Source of the DNA: a virus
Taxonomy: Duplodnaviria; Caudoviricetes
DNA length: 48,663 bases
Strand: one strand, 5' to 3'
Virus record (IMG/VR): IMGVR_UViG_3300020045_000913
Location: 1 to 48,663 of that record
The position numbers were made by a program, and so were the translations under genes. Each line of letters begins with the position of its first letter. Within the stretch, counting starts at the first letter, position 1. Below the pieces are notes generated by a model. That model worked only from the letters and a program-made list of their open reading frames with translations, ran no database searches and was not told the origin of the DNA. Positions 25,304 to 34,267 of this stretch are shown piece after piece.

Positions 25304-26028
25304 GTCTGGTAAGCGAAGCCCTAGAACGGGCTACTAGCCAGTTTCAGGCATCGCCAAAGGTGTTAGCCTTGCTGGAGGCTATCGTCGGGCCTTTGGATGC
25401 TGTTAAAACCACGACTGACGAATTTAAAACAGAGCGTTGGATTGACATCGCCATTGGTAAGCAATTGGACGGCTGCGGTTACATCGTTGGTGAGCTTCGC
25501 GCTGGACGTGATGATGACGCTTATCGTAAAGCAATTCGCTTTCGCGTTTTCGTCAACATTTCAGAGGGTACGCCGGATGCGTTGATTGATGGCTTGCAAT
25601 ACCTAATTGACTCTGACGACAAGCAATACATCGAGATGTACCCGGCCACTGCCATTTTGTTTGCAGACGGCCCTTACGTTCCGATTGACATTCAAGCGCA
25701 GATTCAAGACTTGGCACCGGCTGCTATTTCAGACGTTCCTGTAATGGTTTCATATGCTGAATTGCCATTCAGGTTTATGAAGTATTCAGATACTGGTGAC
25801 TTATTTATAAATAATGGCGCAGATTACCTTACTGCAAACGGCTCAGATATTCAAGTTACATCAATCTTAGGCGCGTTCACTGGCCCTACTTTTGGCGGTA
25901 TTGCACCGGCTGATTTAACGACTGGAGTGCAATTTATTGATGTTAACGGCTCAATCCTTGTGGTTCATGATTCAGAGTATCAGACTAAAATTGAGTCTGG
26001 TTATCACTTAACTGGCGTTTTCCAATGA
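25300..26028 (+). CDS. Baseplate wedge protein (DUF2612 / gpI-like)
   Basis: IDIAIGKQLD..G.IVG..R...DDDAYRKAI...N.SEGT, directly after the J-like gene. Confidence 0.78.
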   Translation: MSLVSEALERATSQFQASPKVLALLEAIVGPLDAVKTTTDEFKTERWIDIAIGKQLDGCGYIVGELRAGRDDDAYRKAIRFRVFVNISEGTPDALIDGLQYLIDSDDKQYIEMYPATAILFADGPYVPIDIQAQIQDLAPAAISDVPVMVSYAELPFRFMKYSDTGDLFINNGADYLTANGSDIQVTSILGAFTGPTFGGIAPADLTTGVQFIDVNGSILVVHDSEYQTKIESGYHLTGVFQ

Positions 26029-26465
26029 CAACATTTGCAAATACTTTCACTACTTATTCAGACGGTCAGCAAAACCTGAATCAGCCTCCTGAATCCGTTA
26101 TGTTGGCTGGTTTTGTACCGGCTACAGCGACTAGCCGTGGTCAGCCATTGCCTGCTCAGTGGCTTAATTGGCTGGTTAACCGTTTATTCAAACACATTAA
26201 TCGTGATGTGGTTACAGATACAAATGGGGTTAATCTTTTCACCACTGAAAACGCGTTGATTCGCTTAGAGGCTTTTGATATTGCAGACCCGAATAAATAT
26301 CTGGTTGCCATTGGATATAAAGAAGCTGGAGTTATTCCAAGTTTGAAGGTTATTTCAAGTGCGACATTGACACTCGGAACGGGTACAATTAATGGAAATC
26401 AGCCGGTTATCGGCGGAACTAATGTGAAAATAGTCGGGTATTCCCGTCAAGTTGGAGAACTGTAA
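26025..26465 (+). CDS. Tail-fibre proximal/anchor protein
   Basis: GFVP.....GQPLPAQWLNWL motif typical of fibre N-termini. Confidence 0.6.
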   Translation: MTTFANTFTTYSDGQQNLNQPPESVMLAGFVPATATSRGQPLPAQWLNWLVNRLFKHINRDVVTDTNGVNLFTTENALIRLEAFDIADPNKYLVAIGYKEAGVIPSLKVISSATLTLGTGTINGNQPVIGGTNVKIVGYSRQVGEL

Positions 26466-28268
26466 ATGTCATTATCGACCACCGAAGAGGCGCAAACACG
26501 GGCATTAATTGCACAGAATGCAGCCATTCTTTCACTCGCAGCTAGTGAACCTGCAATTATTAGCAAGCTGGCAGCAACAAAGGTTTCTTTGGCTGATTTA
26601 ACACCGGCTGTTGCGCTTGATGATGCTGACTTGTTTTTGGTTCGTCAGGGGCTTGGTGAAAAAAGTGTTTCAACGGCTATTATTAAAGCTGATGTATTGA
26701 CGGGGCTTGATGCTTCTGATGTTAGTTATATACCTGCTGGTGTTGGGGCTGTGGCGACGGATGTGCAGAGCAAGCTGCGCGAGAGTGTGAGTGTTAAAGA
26801 CTTTGGGGCATCTCCGAGTGCATCGGCAGCAGCAAATGTCATCGCTATCCAAGCTGCTTTGGATTATGCAAACAGCGTCGGCGGCGCAGAAGTATTTGTA
26901 CCGAGAGGAACTTACCAACTAAACGCCCAGCTTAATATCTACAAAAAGACACTGTTGGCTGGAGAAGGTCAGCAAACGTCAATCTTGAGCTTTACACACT
27001 CGGGCAACGGTATCGTTTCTACTTGGCCGATCAATTCATCTACTTCGGTATGGATTAGTTTGCAAGACCTTGGAATTACCAACACTAATGTCGCAAATAC
27101 AGGCGCAGGCTTTGTTGATGTTGGCGGAACCTTCGTGACTTTGTTGGATTGTTACATCGGGGGAGTGGTAGGTAATAAAGGTTTTGGTTTTTGCGTAATT
27201 TTTGACCAAACCGAACTAGCGCAAATAGAACGGTGCGACCTCAACCTCCCCGCTGTTGGGTGTGTGTGGCTGGTTAATGGAACAGACTATTCAGGTGGCG
27301 CAAGAAACTACACAAATCGGATCACAATTAGGGATTGCCAGTTTGGCGCACTACCAGGTGTTTCTTCTTTCGGTATTGTTGATGATGGCGGAGCCTCTCA
27401 CTCGTTCATCGACAACAATTATTACGGATTCATCAACCAGATCAAGGTTGCAGAAACATACTGTTTGAAGATTGATGGTGGCGAGTTTGAAGATGCTACA
27501 GGTTCACCGATTGTATTCCGTAACACTCGGTACAACGGTGGGGCTGCGTTCCAAGCAGCAGTGAGTCCGAGTATCGCGAACGCATTTATCGTGGCTCCTT
27601 CTGGGTTTGGCTGTATCGACTTCGCTGGTGGTGGAGCACAAACAGCGGTGAACCCATACGTCGCGAACTGCAATCTGTCAAACCCGAATAACGCTGCCGC
27701 AATAACGGGGCTTGCGAATATCTCTTCTGTGAAGTTAGTTGCGAACACCCTTGCAAATCAGCCGTTGGTTGATGTCCAGCCATTAGGTGACCTTGTTGCA
27801 TTGGGTGGGTCGTCAAACTTCTTTACGGCAATCGACATTCCAACGACTGCATGGACTCCGACATACATTCCATCCGCTGGAGCATTCGGATCAATTACCT
27901 ATGACACAGTGACAGGTGGAAAGTACACCCGCATCGGCAAAATGGTGTTTATACAAGCGGTGCTGCGAACCACAGCAATCACCCTCGGCACTGCATCTGG
28001 TGTTGTCAGTATTGGTGGATTACCATTCCCCTCAGTTGCCAACTCATCTGGAAAACTAGACGGATATTTCACGCTACAGATTGGATTTTCTTCTGGGTTC
28101 ACTACTAATTTCCCAACCACCGCATTAGGTGGAGCCAGTAGCAGCAGTGCTGAATTGTTGTATGCACCAACATCCAACGGCGCTCCGAATAATCTCCCGG
28201 TTGGTGCTTTGGCATTGGGAGCAAGTTCAAACTTCATAGTGATCTCTGGTTGCTACCAGTGTGCATAA
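26466..28268 (+). CDS. Tailspike / receptor-binding protein with pectate-lyase-like beta-helix
   Basis: GAVATDVQSKLRESVSVKDFGA...AIQAALD...VFVPRGTY, then Asn/Gly-rich beta-helix-like repeats and a C-terminal WTP...GKYTRIGKMV domain. Confidence 0.85.
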   Translation: MSLSTTEEAQTRALIAQNAAILSLAASEPAIISKLAATKVSLADLTPAVALDDADLFLVRQGLGEKSVSTAIIKADVLTGLDASDVSYIPAGVGAVATDVQSKLRESVSVKDFGASPSASAAANVIAIQAALDYANSVGGAEVFVPRGTYQLNAQLNIYKKTLLAGEGQQTSILSFTHSGNGIVSTWPINSSTSVWISLQDLGITNTNVANTGAGFVDVGGTFVTLLDCYIGGVVGNKGFGFCVIFDQTELAQIERCDLNLPAVGCVWLVNGTDYSGGARNYTNRITIRDCQFGALPGVSSFGIVDDGGASHSFIDNNYYGFINQIKVAETYCLKIDGGEFEDATGSPIVFRNTRYNGGAAFQAAVSPSIANAFIVAPSGFGCIDFAGGGAQTAVNPYVANCNLSNPNNAAAITGLANISSVKLVANTLANQPLVDVQPLGDLVALGGSSNFFTAIDIPTTAWTPTYIPSAGAFGSITYDTVTGGKYTRIGKMVFIQAVLRTTAITLGTASGVVSIGGLPFPSVANSSGKLDGYFTLQIGFSSGFTTNFPTTALGGASSSSAELLYAPTSNGAPNNLPVGALALGASSNFIVISGCYQCA

Positions 28269-28270
28269 TT

Positions 28271-28465
28271 ATGACCACCACCATCCAACTCCTAAAATCA
28301 CGCACCGTGCTTTTCGCACTGCTGCTGGCCGTGCTGTCCGTACTGCAAGGCTACGTCGGCCTGCTGCCACTCACTCCCATCATGCAAATGTGGGTAGGTG
28401 TTGGAGTGTCGATCATGATTACGCTGTTGCGGATCGTGACGACGCAGGCGATTGCTGATAAATGA
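28271..28465 (+). CDS. Small two-TM protein, putative holin
   Basis: LLKSRTVLF...LLRIVTTQAI with two hydrophobic helices, at the start of the lysis region. Confidence 0.6.
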   Translation: MTTTIQLLKSRTVLFALLLAVLSVLQGYVGLLPLTPIMQMWVGVGVSIMITLLRIVTTQAIADK

Positions 28466-28707
28466 ATTTAAAAATACCACTAGACAAACAAGCCCACGCC
28501 CTAAGTGGGGCTGTCCTAGTCATGCTGCCAGTGATCGCCAGTCGCCCGCTTTGGTGGGGATTGCTTATATGCCTTGGCGCAGCGTTAGCCAAAGAGGTTT
28601 ATGACTTGCGTCATCCAGATCATCACACTTGTGATTTCTGGGATGCCATCGCAACGGCATCAGGAGGCGCGCTGGCTGCTTTGTTTGTCTTACTGGTTAA
28701 ACAATGA
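28462..28707 (+). CDS. Small membrane protein (DKxxH...KExxD...D family)
   Basis: DKQAHALSG, AKEVYD, DFWDAIATASGG, three hydrophobic segments. Confidence 0.6.
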   Translation: MNLKIPLDKQAHALSGAVLVMLPVIASRPLWWGLLICLGAALAKEVYDLRHPDHHTCDFWDAIATASGGALAALFVLLVKQ

Positions 28708-28738
28708 TTCTAGAAAACTAATATAAATATTTGTAAAA

Positions 28739-28993
28739 ATGGATACTCAAACCGCATTCAATATCGCACTTTCTCTTATCGCATTTTTGGGCGGTTGGGT
28801 ACTTAACTCGTTGCGAGACAGCATAAAAAGTCTACATGAATCAGATGCTGAACTAGTAGAAAAGGTGCAGCACATAGAAGTACTGGTGGCTGGTCAATAC
28901 GTTAAACGTGACGACATGGATAAACTAGCTTCCGCGCTGTTCGTAAAACTTGACAAGATAGATGCAAAACTAGATAAAAAGGCTGACAAATGA
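28739..28993 (+). CDS. Single-TM coiled-coil protein, putative holin/lysis accessory
   Basis: N-terminal TM segment, then a coiled coil ending LDKIDAKLDKKADK. Confidence 0.65.
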   Translation: MDTQTAFNIALSLIAFLGGWVLNSLRDSIKSLHESDAELVEKVQHIEVLVAGQYVKRDDMDKLASALFVKLDKIDAKLDKKADK

Positions 28994-29044
28994 TGTGCTG
29001 GATTGTTATGGCTTATTGGATTGAAAACGAATGGAAAAAAATCT

Positions 29045-29545
29045 ATGAAGCTAAGCCCCCACTTTAATCTTGAAGAGTTCACCGACTCAGATACAGCAAC
29101 GAGAATGGGTATTGGCAACAATTTGCCTGATGCATTGTTGCGTAATGCATTATCTACTGCAAAATCACTTGAGCAAGTACGATCACTTTTAGATCATCCA
29201 ATGCACATAAATTCTGGGTACAGGTGCGAAGAGTTGGAGCGGGTTTTATGTGATCGTGATTACACATCGTGGTGTTCAAAACATGGATATCTGAAAAGTG
29301 AAAAGTCTTGGTCAATGTACTTTTCTGGAAAGGCTCACCCAAGAATGCTATCAGTGGATTTCGTTTGTCCTGAGTTTGGGCCACCATTGAAAATAGTTAA
29401 AACCATTGAATCAAGCGGTATTAAATTTGACCAACTCATCCAAGAGGGAAATTGGGTTCACATAAGTTTTGATCAGAGAATGCGACAACAAGTTTTAACG
29501 GCTTCATTTTCTGGCGGTACACCACATTACACTAATGGAGCTTGA
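29045..29545 (+). CDS. Endolysin, peptidase M15A-like
   Basis: LSPHFNLEEFT.S, INSGYRC, H-x6-D (HPRMLSVD), FDQLIQE..WVHIS. Confidence 0.85.
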   Translation: MKLSPHFNLEEFTDSDTATRMGIGNNLPDALLRNALSTAKSLEQVRSLLDHPMHINSGYRCEELERVLCDRDYTSWCSKHGYLKSEKSWSMYFSGKAHPRMLSVDFVCPEFGPPLKIVKTIESSGIKFDQLIQEGNWVHISFDQRMRQQVLTASFSGGTPHYTNGA

Positions 29546-29547
29546 AA

Positions 29548-29973
29548 ATGGACCCTGTATCAATCTTGCTTGGTCTTGGTTCTAAAGTCATTGATCGTCT
29601 ATGGCCAGACGAAACGCAGCGTGACATTGCAAAGCTTGAATTACTCAAGATGCAACAATCTGGCGATTTAGCACAATTGGCGGCTGACACCGAGTTGGCA
29701 AAAGCTCAGATTGGCGTTAACACAGAGGATGCAAAATCAGGCAGTGTTTTCGTGTCTGGCGCTCGCCCTTTCATATTGTGGGGGTGCGGCTTTGCAATGA
29801 TCTATGCGGCCATGCTAGAGCCTATGATGCGCTTTGTGGCTGTTGTTGTGTTTGGGTACATTGGCGCGTTTCCTGTACTGGATACAACGCTTACAACGCA
29901 GGTTCTTTTGGGCTTGCTTGGCCTTGCTGGAATGAGGTCGGTTGACAAGATCAAAGGCGTTGCAAGCAAGTAA
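29548..29973 (+). CDS. 3TM holin-like protein (GTA-holin type)
   Basis: KVIDRLWPD, VN.EDAKS.S.FVSG.RPFI.W, LLGLLGL.GMRS.DK.KG. Confidence 0.8.
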   Translation: MDPVSILLGLGSKVIDRLWPDETQRDIAKLELLKMQQSGDLAQLAADTELAKAQIGVNTEDAKSGSVFVSGARPFILWGCGFAMIYAAMLEPMMRFVAVVVFGYIGAFPVLDTTLTTQVLLGLLGLAGMRSVDKIKGVASK

Positions 29974-29974
29974 T

Positions 29975-30003
29975 AAAAAACCCGCCTAGTGCGGGTTTCT
30001 TGT
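29975..30003. terminator. Bidirectional terminator between the late and early arms
   Basis: AAAAAACCCGC-CTAGT-GCGGGTTTCTTGT. Confidence 0.8.
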
Positions 30004-30306
30004 TTAGTCCTTCACAAATACGCCATTCGGCATCATCGTCCCCGTCCTGTCCTTGATTTCATCATAAGCACATTCAAGGCAGGCGACTAAGTTCAAGTCT
30101 TCTTTGGCTGCAACGATAATCAGCGTCACAAGCACGTCACCAAGGCCATCAATGATTCCAGCGCGGTCGCCTTTGATAATGGCGTCTGCCAGTTCACCAA
30201 GTTCAGACATGGTTTTAAGTAGCTGGGTTTGGCTGGTTGAATTTGGCAAAATCTTACGATCTTCTGCCCATTTTATAACCTGTTTTTCTGTTTGTTCAAA
30301 GCTCAT
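30004..30306 (-). CDS. MazG-like nucleotide pyrophosphohydrolase
   Basis: WAEDR.I, QLLKTMSELGELA, DGLGDVLVTL, AYDEIKDRTG. Start reassigned to ATG 30306 (AAGGA RBS). Confidence 0.85.
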   Translation of the reverse strand: MSFEQTEKQVIKWAEDRKILPNSTSQTQLLKTMSELGELADAIIKGDRAGIIDGLGDVLVTLIIVAAKEDLNLVACLECAYDEIKDRTGTMMPNGVFVKD

Positions 30307-30316
30307 TTGTTTTCCT

Positions 30317-30526
30317 TTAATGCACTGTCGATGCAAATAATTGACGTTTAAGAATTTCTTGGCTAAAAACCATAACGGCTGCAAAACAAGCTTCATGCCA
30401 GTCTGAATTTGGATCATTGATTGATGCTGATTCGCAATCGTCTCGTGCCTTTTCAAATCCTTCAATTAGATGCTTGTCATCTAAATTTCCAATCATTTCT
30501 TGTACTTCTTCAAAATCCATATTCAC
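30317..30526 (-). CDS. Hypothetical protein
   Basis: Acidic 69 aa ORF with AGGAG upstream. Confidence 0.55.
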   Translation of the reverse strand: MNMDFEEVQEMIGNLDDKHLIEGFEKARDDCESASINDPNSDWHEACFAAVMVFSQEILKRQLFASTVH

Positions 30527-30532
30527 TCCTAG

Positions 30533-30694
30533 TTAATGGTTATTAGCTGTTTTCATATCTTCAATCTTAGCCTTGATTTCGGCTAGTACGGCATCGCGGC
30601 ATGCTTGGCCGTATTCGTGCATTTGGTCTGATGTGTATTGCTCGTCGTAGTCTTTCGTGTGACATAGCACGGGAGGTAATGGTGGTAATTTCAT
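30533..30694 (-). CDS. Small hypothetical protein (below ORF-track cutoff)
   Basis: Own translation MKLPPLPP...YTSDQMHEYGQACR...NH*. ATGA overlap with the thyX stop. Confidence 0.55.
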   Translation of the reverse strand: MKLPPLPPVLCHTKDYDEQYTSDQMHEYGQACRDAVLAEIKAKIEDMKTANNH

Positions 30695-31329
30695 ACATCC
30701 TCCGGGAAAAACGCCATCATCGTGATGGGTGCAACAGTTCGCAAAATAGCTAGGACTTCCTGAGCAATCAGGCGGTGTTCTTTTTGGGTTGATTCGTGCA
30801 AACGCTGTTTAAGGTAAAAAATCCAGCTTCGCATTGTGCCATTGCAATCCATGCGGCTTGGTGTCAAACCTTCTGGTAACAGGGCGCGGGCTTGTTCTTT
30901 GGCAATGCCCATTGATAAAGCGGTCTCATAGTCGTCTGATACTCTGCGAACAGCTCGTTCTTGCGCTAATTGCCACCACATTTTGATTCTATTGTCATCA
31001 CACTCAATCGAGTTCTGACGGTTTTTAACGTCTTGCAAGCGGCACTCCCGAAACGGAGCGTCAGGAAGGATGTTTACATCCTGGTAGCGTTGGCTAAACT
31101 CTTGAAACTTTATTGACGAATGTCGCAAAATCTGGCGTCCAATGTCTCGCGTCGTGTCAATCTCAAGGCATACATTTGCCATGTCAAACGGGCTTACATG
31201 GCCCTCACGCATACAGTAGTTAAGCAGCCCTGCAATGCTCGGGTTATCTCGGTTATCGCTGCTAATGCGAGCCTCGTAAGCGATTTCCTTATCAATGTCT
31301 GGCGTTGCCCAGCGTAATGTTACTTTCAT
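30691..31329 (-). CDS. thyX: FAD-dependent thymidylate synthase
   Basis: GHVSPFD, RQILRHSSIKFQEFSQRY (RH-x7-S-x-R), KEQARALLP, TQKEHR. Confidence 0.93.
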   Translation of the reverse strand: MKVTLRWATPDIDKEIAYEARISSDNRDNPSIAGLLNYCMREGHVSPFDMANVCLEIDTTRDIGRQILRHSSIKFQEFSQRYQDVNILPDAPFRECRLQDVKNRQNSIECDDNRIKMWWQLAQERAVRRVSDDYETALSMGIAKEQARALLPEGLTPSRMDCNGTMRSWIFYLKQRLHESTQKEHRLIAQEVLAILRTVAPITMMAFFPEDV

Positions 31330-31499
31330 TTGGTATCCTTAAATAAATCCGGTTGATCGTTAATAATCACTTTGTTGGTGACTTTATGTTGTGGCTTTTG
31401 TCCTAGTGCTTCGTAGCATGTCGGCCCGATTGGCTTTCCATCTAAGTAAAAATGCTTTGTGCCGGACCTCAAAGCACGCCCACATTTGAAGCATTTCAT
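31326..31499 (-). CDS. Small zinc-finger protein (below ORF-track cutoff)
   Basis: Own translation MKCFKCGRAL...PIGPTCYE...DLFKDTK*. ATGA overlaps on both sides. Confidence 0.6.
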   Translation of the reverse strand: MKCFKCGRALRSGTKHFYLDGKPIGPTCYEALGQKPQHKVTNKVIINDQPDLFKDTK

Positions 31500-31954
31500 A
31501 TTTCAACAACTTCAGGCGCTCTACTACGCATTCTGTTTGTTGCTTGCTTTAGAAAGTTTGAATACTCGCCACGGGATATGCTGCACCGCTGCAAGTCATG
31601 CCACTCTGACAACTCGGTTAAGGCGTGTAACTCAGTCGGCGTGATGTCCCATTTGTGCCACTTTTCAAACCTTGTCTTTAGGCTGATTAAAGCCTTTTGA
31701 GCCACTGCGCAAGCTGGCAATACTTCGGGGCCAATGTTGTTGCGCGCCATCGTTTCAGCCACTCCAAGCATCTCACAAAGCCCCTTGTAACCATTCAGGC
31801 TTTGGCTTGTGCTGTTAACGATGGATTCAATCATCATCTTTTCAGCCTCTCGCAGTTCTTTGATGATTTCGTCACTCGCAATGCACGCGCCTTCGATTGC
31901 GTGAGTGATTGGATTAAGCAAGTTCCAGTGCTTACGTTTGCATTTTTTACGCAT
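31496..31954 (-). CDS. Hypothetical protein
   Basis: 152 aa, tightly packed in the minus-strand operon. Confidence 0.7.
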   Translation of the reverse strand: MRKKCKRKHWNLLNPITHAIEGACIASDEIIKELREAEKMMIESIVNSTSQSLNGYKGLCEMLGVAETMARNNIGPEVLPACAVAQKALISLKTRFEKWHKWDITPTELHALTELSEWHDLQRCSISRGEYSNFLKQATNRMRSRAPEVVEI

Positions 31955-31956
31955 GG

Positions 31957-32169
31957 CTATGTCGTATAAAAAGGTGTTCGTGCATTGCTTGTCATGCCCG
32001 TCATTGGCTTGTGCTTGACGCGCTGCAAACCGACTAGACTAGGACAATCAAACGCATCCATTGCGTTGTTACGGCCATTAAACGGGCGAAGTTCTGCGCC
32101 ATCATAATGACCTGACATCTTGTTAAGCTGTGGCGCTGGCGTCTTTTGTGGTTTCTTTTTGGTTGTCAT
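31957..32169 (-). CDS. Hypothetical protein
   Basis: YDGAELRP..GR..AMDAF..PS motif, AAGGA RBS. Confidence 0.6.
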   Translation of the reverse strand: MTTKKKPQKTPAPQLNKMSGHYDGAELRPFNGRNNAMDAFDCPSLVGLQRVKHKPMTGMTSNARTPFYTT

Positions 32170-32302
32170 TTTTTGTTTCCTTTGTGTTGTTGATAAACTC
32201 TTTGACAGACTCAGGCCAGCCGGTTCGGTATGCTTTTTCGTACATAGCTTGGCTGACTCGGACGCGAAGGGTCGGGTATTTGTTATGTGCTTTTTGTGTC
32301 AT
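32123..32302 (-). CDS. Possible ribbon-helix-helix small protein
   Basis: Own translation MTQKAHNKYPTLRVRVSQAMYEKAY..., a beta-strand followed by a helix. Confidence 0.4.
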   Translation of the reverse strand: MTQKAHNKYPTLRVRVSQAMYEKAYRTGWPESVKEFINNTKETKNDNQKETTKDASATA

Positions 32303-32477
32303 TGGTTTCTTTTAGTTCAAAAATTAAAGTAGTCAAAGCATCAACATATTCGCCATCACTACCCATTTCGTCCGCGTGAGGATTGATTCGTTCAATTTGG
32401 TTTTTAAGCCACAGTTGATCTTTTGTTTCTTTTAAAACAATCAACCCCGTATTTTTAATGTCGATGTAGTTACTCAT
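32283..32477 (-). CDS. Hypothetical protein
   Basis: ATGA overlap with the upstream ORF. Confidence 0.55.
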   Translation of the reverse strand: MSNYIDIKNTGLIVLKETKDQLWLKNQIERINPHADEMGSDGEYVDALTTLIFELKETNDTKST

Positions 32478-32641
32478 GAAAAGTACGCCACCATTCCAAA
32501 TGCGAGCAAGATGCCAAAGCTAATGGCGACCGCATAGTCCAGTGCTTTTTCTGTCTTGCTTGGTTTTTCAATGGCGCATCCGTAGGATGGTCCAAATGGA
32601 AAGGCTTCGTTCATCGTGCGGTGAAATTTGCTAGTAGTCAT
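32474..32641 (-). CDS. Small protein with C-terminal TM helix
   Basis: MTTSKFHRTMNEAFP...YGCAIE, AAGGA RBS, promoter directly upstream. Confidence 0.6.
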   Translation of the reverse strand: MTTSKFHRTMNEAFPFGPSYGCAIEKPSKTEKALDYAVAISFGILLAFGMVAYFS

Positions 32642-32676
32642 TTTGTTTCCTTGTTGTGATGGTTTATTGTAGCACA

Positions 32677-32874
32677 TTAAAACGGGATCAGATAATGAAA
32701 GTCTTCGCATTCATTGATTGAGTACAAATAGTCATCAGGCACACCGCCGTTAAACTTGCAAACGTTCCCGTTAATCTTGTCCAAGTTGTCGCAGTCAAAA
32801 CATCGTTTTTTGCTTAAAAAGTCTTTAAGTTCAACGTACTTTTTGAGTTTTTCTTCGTATATTTGTTTTGTCAT
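32677..32874 (-). CDS. Small Cys-rich hypothetical protein
   Basis: CFDC...CKF...C...IPF. Confidence 0.6.
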   Translation of the reverse strand: MTKQIYEEKLKKYVELKDFLSKKRCFDCDNLDKINGNVCKFNGGVPDDYLYSINECEDFHYLIPF

Positions 32875-33179
32875 TTGTTGTTTCCAATTACTGCTAGTGC
32901 AGAAGCCTTAGATGGTGTTTCGGCGGTAGCGAAGTTTTTTTGTCCAAATGAAATCCATTTTCCTTCGTTTAAGCCTCCTGTAATCTTATCTGGAAAGCAA
33001 TCATACCGTTCTGCAATCGGCCAGATAACGGCGGGGTCGCGGTAGTCGAATACGCGCCAAGCGTGACCAATCCATAACCAGCATTGCATCAGATGTGGAG
33101 TTGATTTGTCAGGAAGAACATTCACCATCTTCCACCCAATAGCCAACGCCAGCGCACGCGATATTTCTAAATCAGTCAT
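32871..33179 (-). CDS. Hypothetical protein (NinX-like)
   Basis: MTDLEISRALALAIGW...FDYRDPAVIWPIAERY...TPSKASALAVI. Confidence 0.6.
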   Translation of the reverse strand: MTDLEISRALALAIGWKMVNVLPDKSTPHLMQCWLWIGHAWRVFDYRDPAVIWPIAERYDCFPDKITGGLNEGKWISFGQKNFATAETPSKASALAVIGNNK

Positions 33180-33271
33180 TCTCCCCTCCAATAGCTTTCG
33201 CCAGTTCAGCCATAGTCATGGCCACAAAGATAAACGGCAAAGCCATAAAAAATATGGTGATGCCGATTGAT

Positions 33272-33529
33272 TTACGGATTGTTTTCATAATAAAACTCTG
33301 ATCTGATTGCTGATGCGCAATTAATTATTGCCGAATTATGAGATTCTTCATCGCCTTTACATGGATCAATAATTCGCTCGTCTTCCGCTACTTTTGCGCA
33401 CGCTTCGCGCTCGGCAGCGGACACGAGGTCAGCGAAGTGCGTTTGCATTTCTATCCATCGTTCGGTTGCAGGGTAGTCCATCGTGAATCCAGCCTCCCTC
33501 GCCATGCGGATGATGTCGTCGCGTTTCAT
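33272..33529 (-). CDS. Hypothetical protein
   Basis: DDIIRMAREAG...FADLV.AAEREACAKV, a common small phage-protein motif. Confidence 0.65.
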   Translation of the reverse strand: MKRDDIIRMAREAGFTMDYPATERWIEMQTHFADLVSAAEREACAKVAEDERIIDPCKGDEESHNSAIINCASAIRSEFYYENNP

Positions 33530-33747
33530 TGCTTCAACGCCTTAGCCTCAATCAATCCAATGATGTCATCAGATAGCAATTCAGCGATGTCAATGCCATT
33601 GAGCCTTGCTGTAATCAGAATTGCATTCTCGGGTTCGTCAGGCTCCATTTGCAAACCAGTACCACGCTCACGGCTACCGCGTTCCGCTGGTTCGTATTCA
33701 AGTTCACAATCCAACTCGCCACCGTCAAAAATAAAAGTGTAGTTCAT
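33526..33747 (-). CDS. Hypothetical protein
   Basis: LEYEPAERGSRE..G..MEPD.PE motif, ATGA overlaps. Confidence 0.65.
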   Translation of the reverse strand: MNYTFIFDGGELDCELEYEPAERGSRERGTGLQMEPDEPENAILITARLNGIDIAELLSDDIIGLIEAKALKQ

Positions 33748-33938
33748 TCTTCATTCTCCAATTTGTGAGCCGAAATAATCAAAGCCGCTGCCATCTCGCG
33801 GGCTTGTGCTGGTGTCATTGAGTGTTGAAAGCGCATGGCTTTACCGTATTGAATGATGCTAACCAGTTTTCCACATCCATCATTGTGAGTGTGAATCTCT
33901 ACCGGCTCGCTGTTGCAGAAGTTGTTGATTGAGATCAT
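33744..33938 (-). CDS. Hypothetical protein
   Basis: MTPAQAREMAAAL motif, AAGG RBS. Confidence 0.6.
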   Translation of the reverse strand: MISINNFCNSEPVEIHTHNDGCGKLVSIIQYGKAMRFQHSMTPAQAREMAAALIISAHKLENEE

Positions 33939-33991
33939 TTTTTACCTTTTAGTGTTGAAAAAATACCCGCAATTTATTCGGGTTATATTTA

Positions 33992-34204
33992 TTAAGCTTC
34001 TTGCGTTTTGTGGTTTGCAATGCAGCCAAGTGCGCCGAGCTTTGAAAACAAGCGCATTGCTCGAATGTCTGCATCAAATGCTGTTTCTTCGTAAGAAGTG
34101 ATGATGATTTGAAGTGGCTTTGCTGCATTTTCAGCCCATGCTTTTACGGCTGCGAATGATGGAACATTAAGGCAGTTGATGATTGTTTTGAATTCTGTTG
34201 TCAT
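33992..34204 (-). CDS. Hypothetical protein
   Basis: GGAG RBS before ATG 34204, promoter upstream, terminator downstream. Confidence 0.55.
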   Translation of the reverse strand: MTTEFKTIINCLNVPSFAAVKAWAENAAKPLQIIITSYEETAFDADIRAMRLFSKLGALGCIANHKTQEA

Positions 34205-34267
34205 TTTTAACTCCGTTTTGTTGATATGTTTATTGTAGCTCACTTTAAACACTTTGCGCCACAATCT

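Noticed and set aside
26466-28268. Diversity-generating retroelement targeting the tailspike
   Set aside because: No reverse transcriptase gene and no template/variable repeat pair were noticed.
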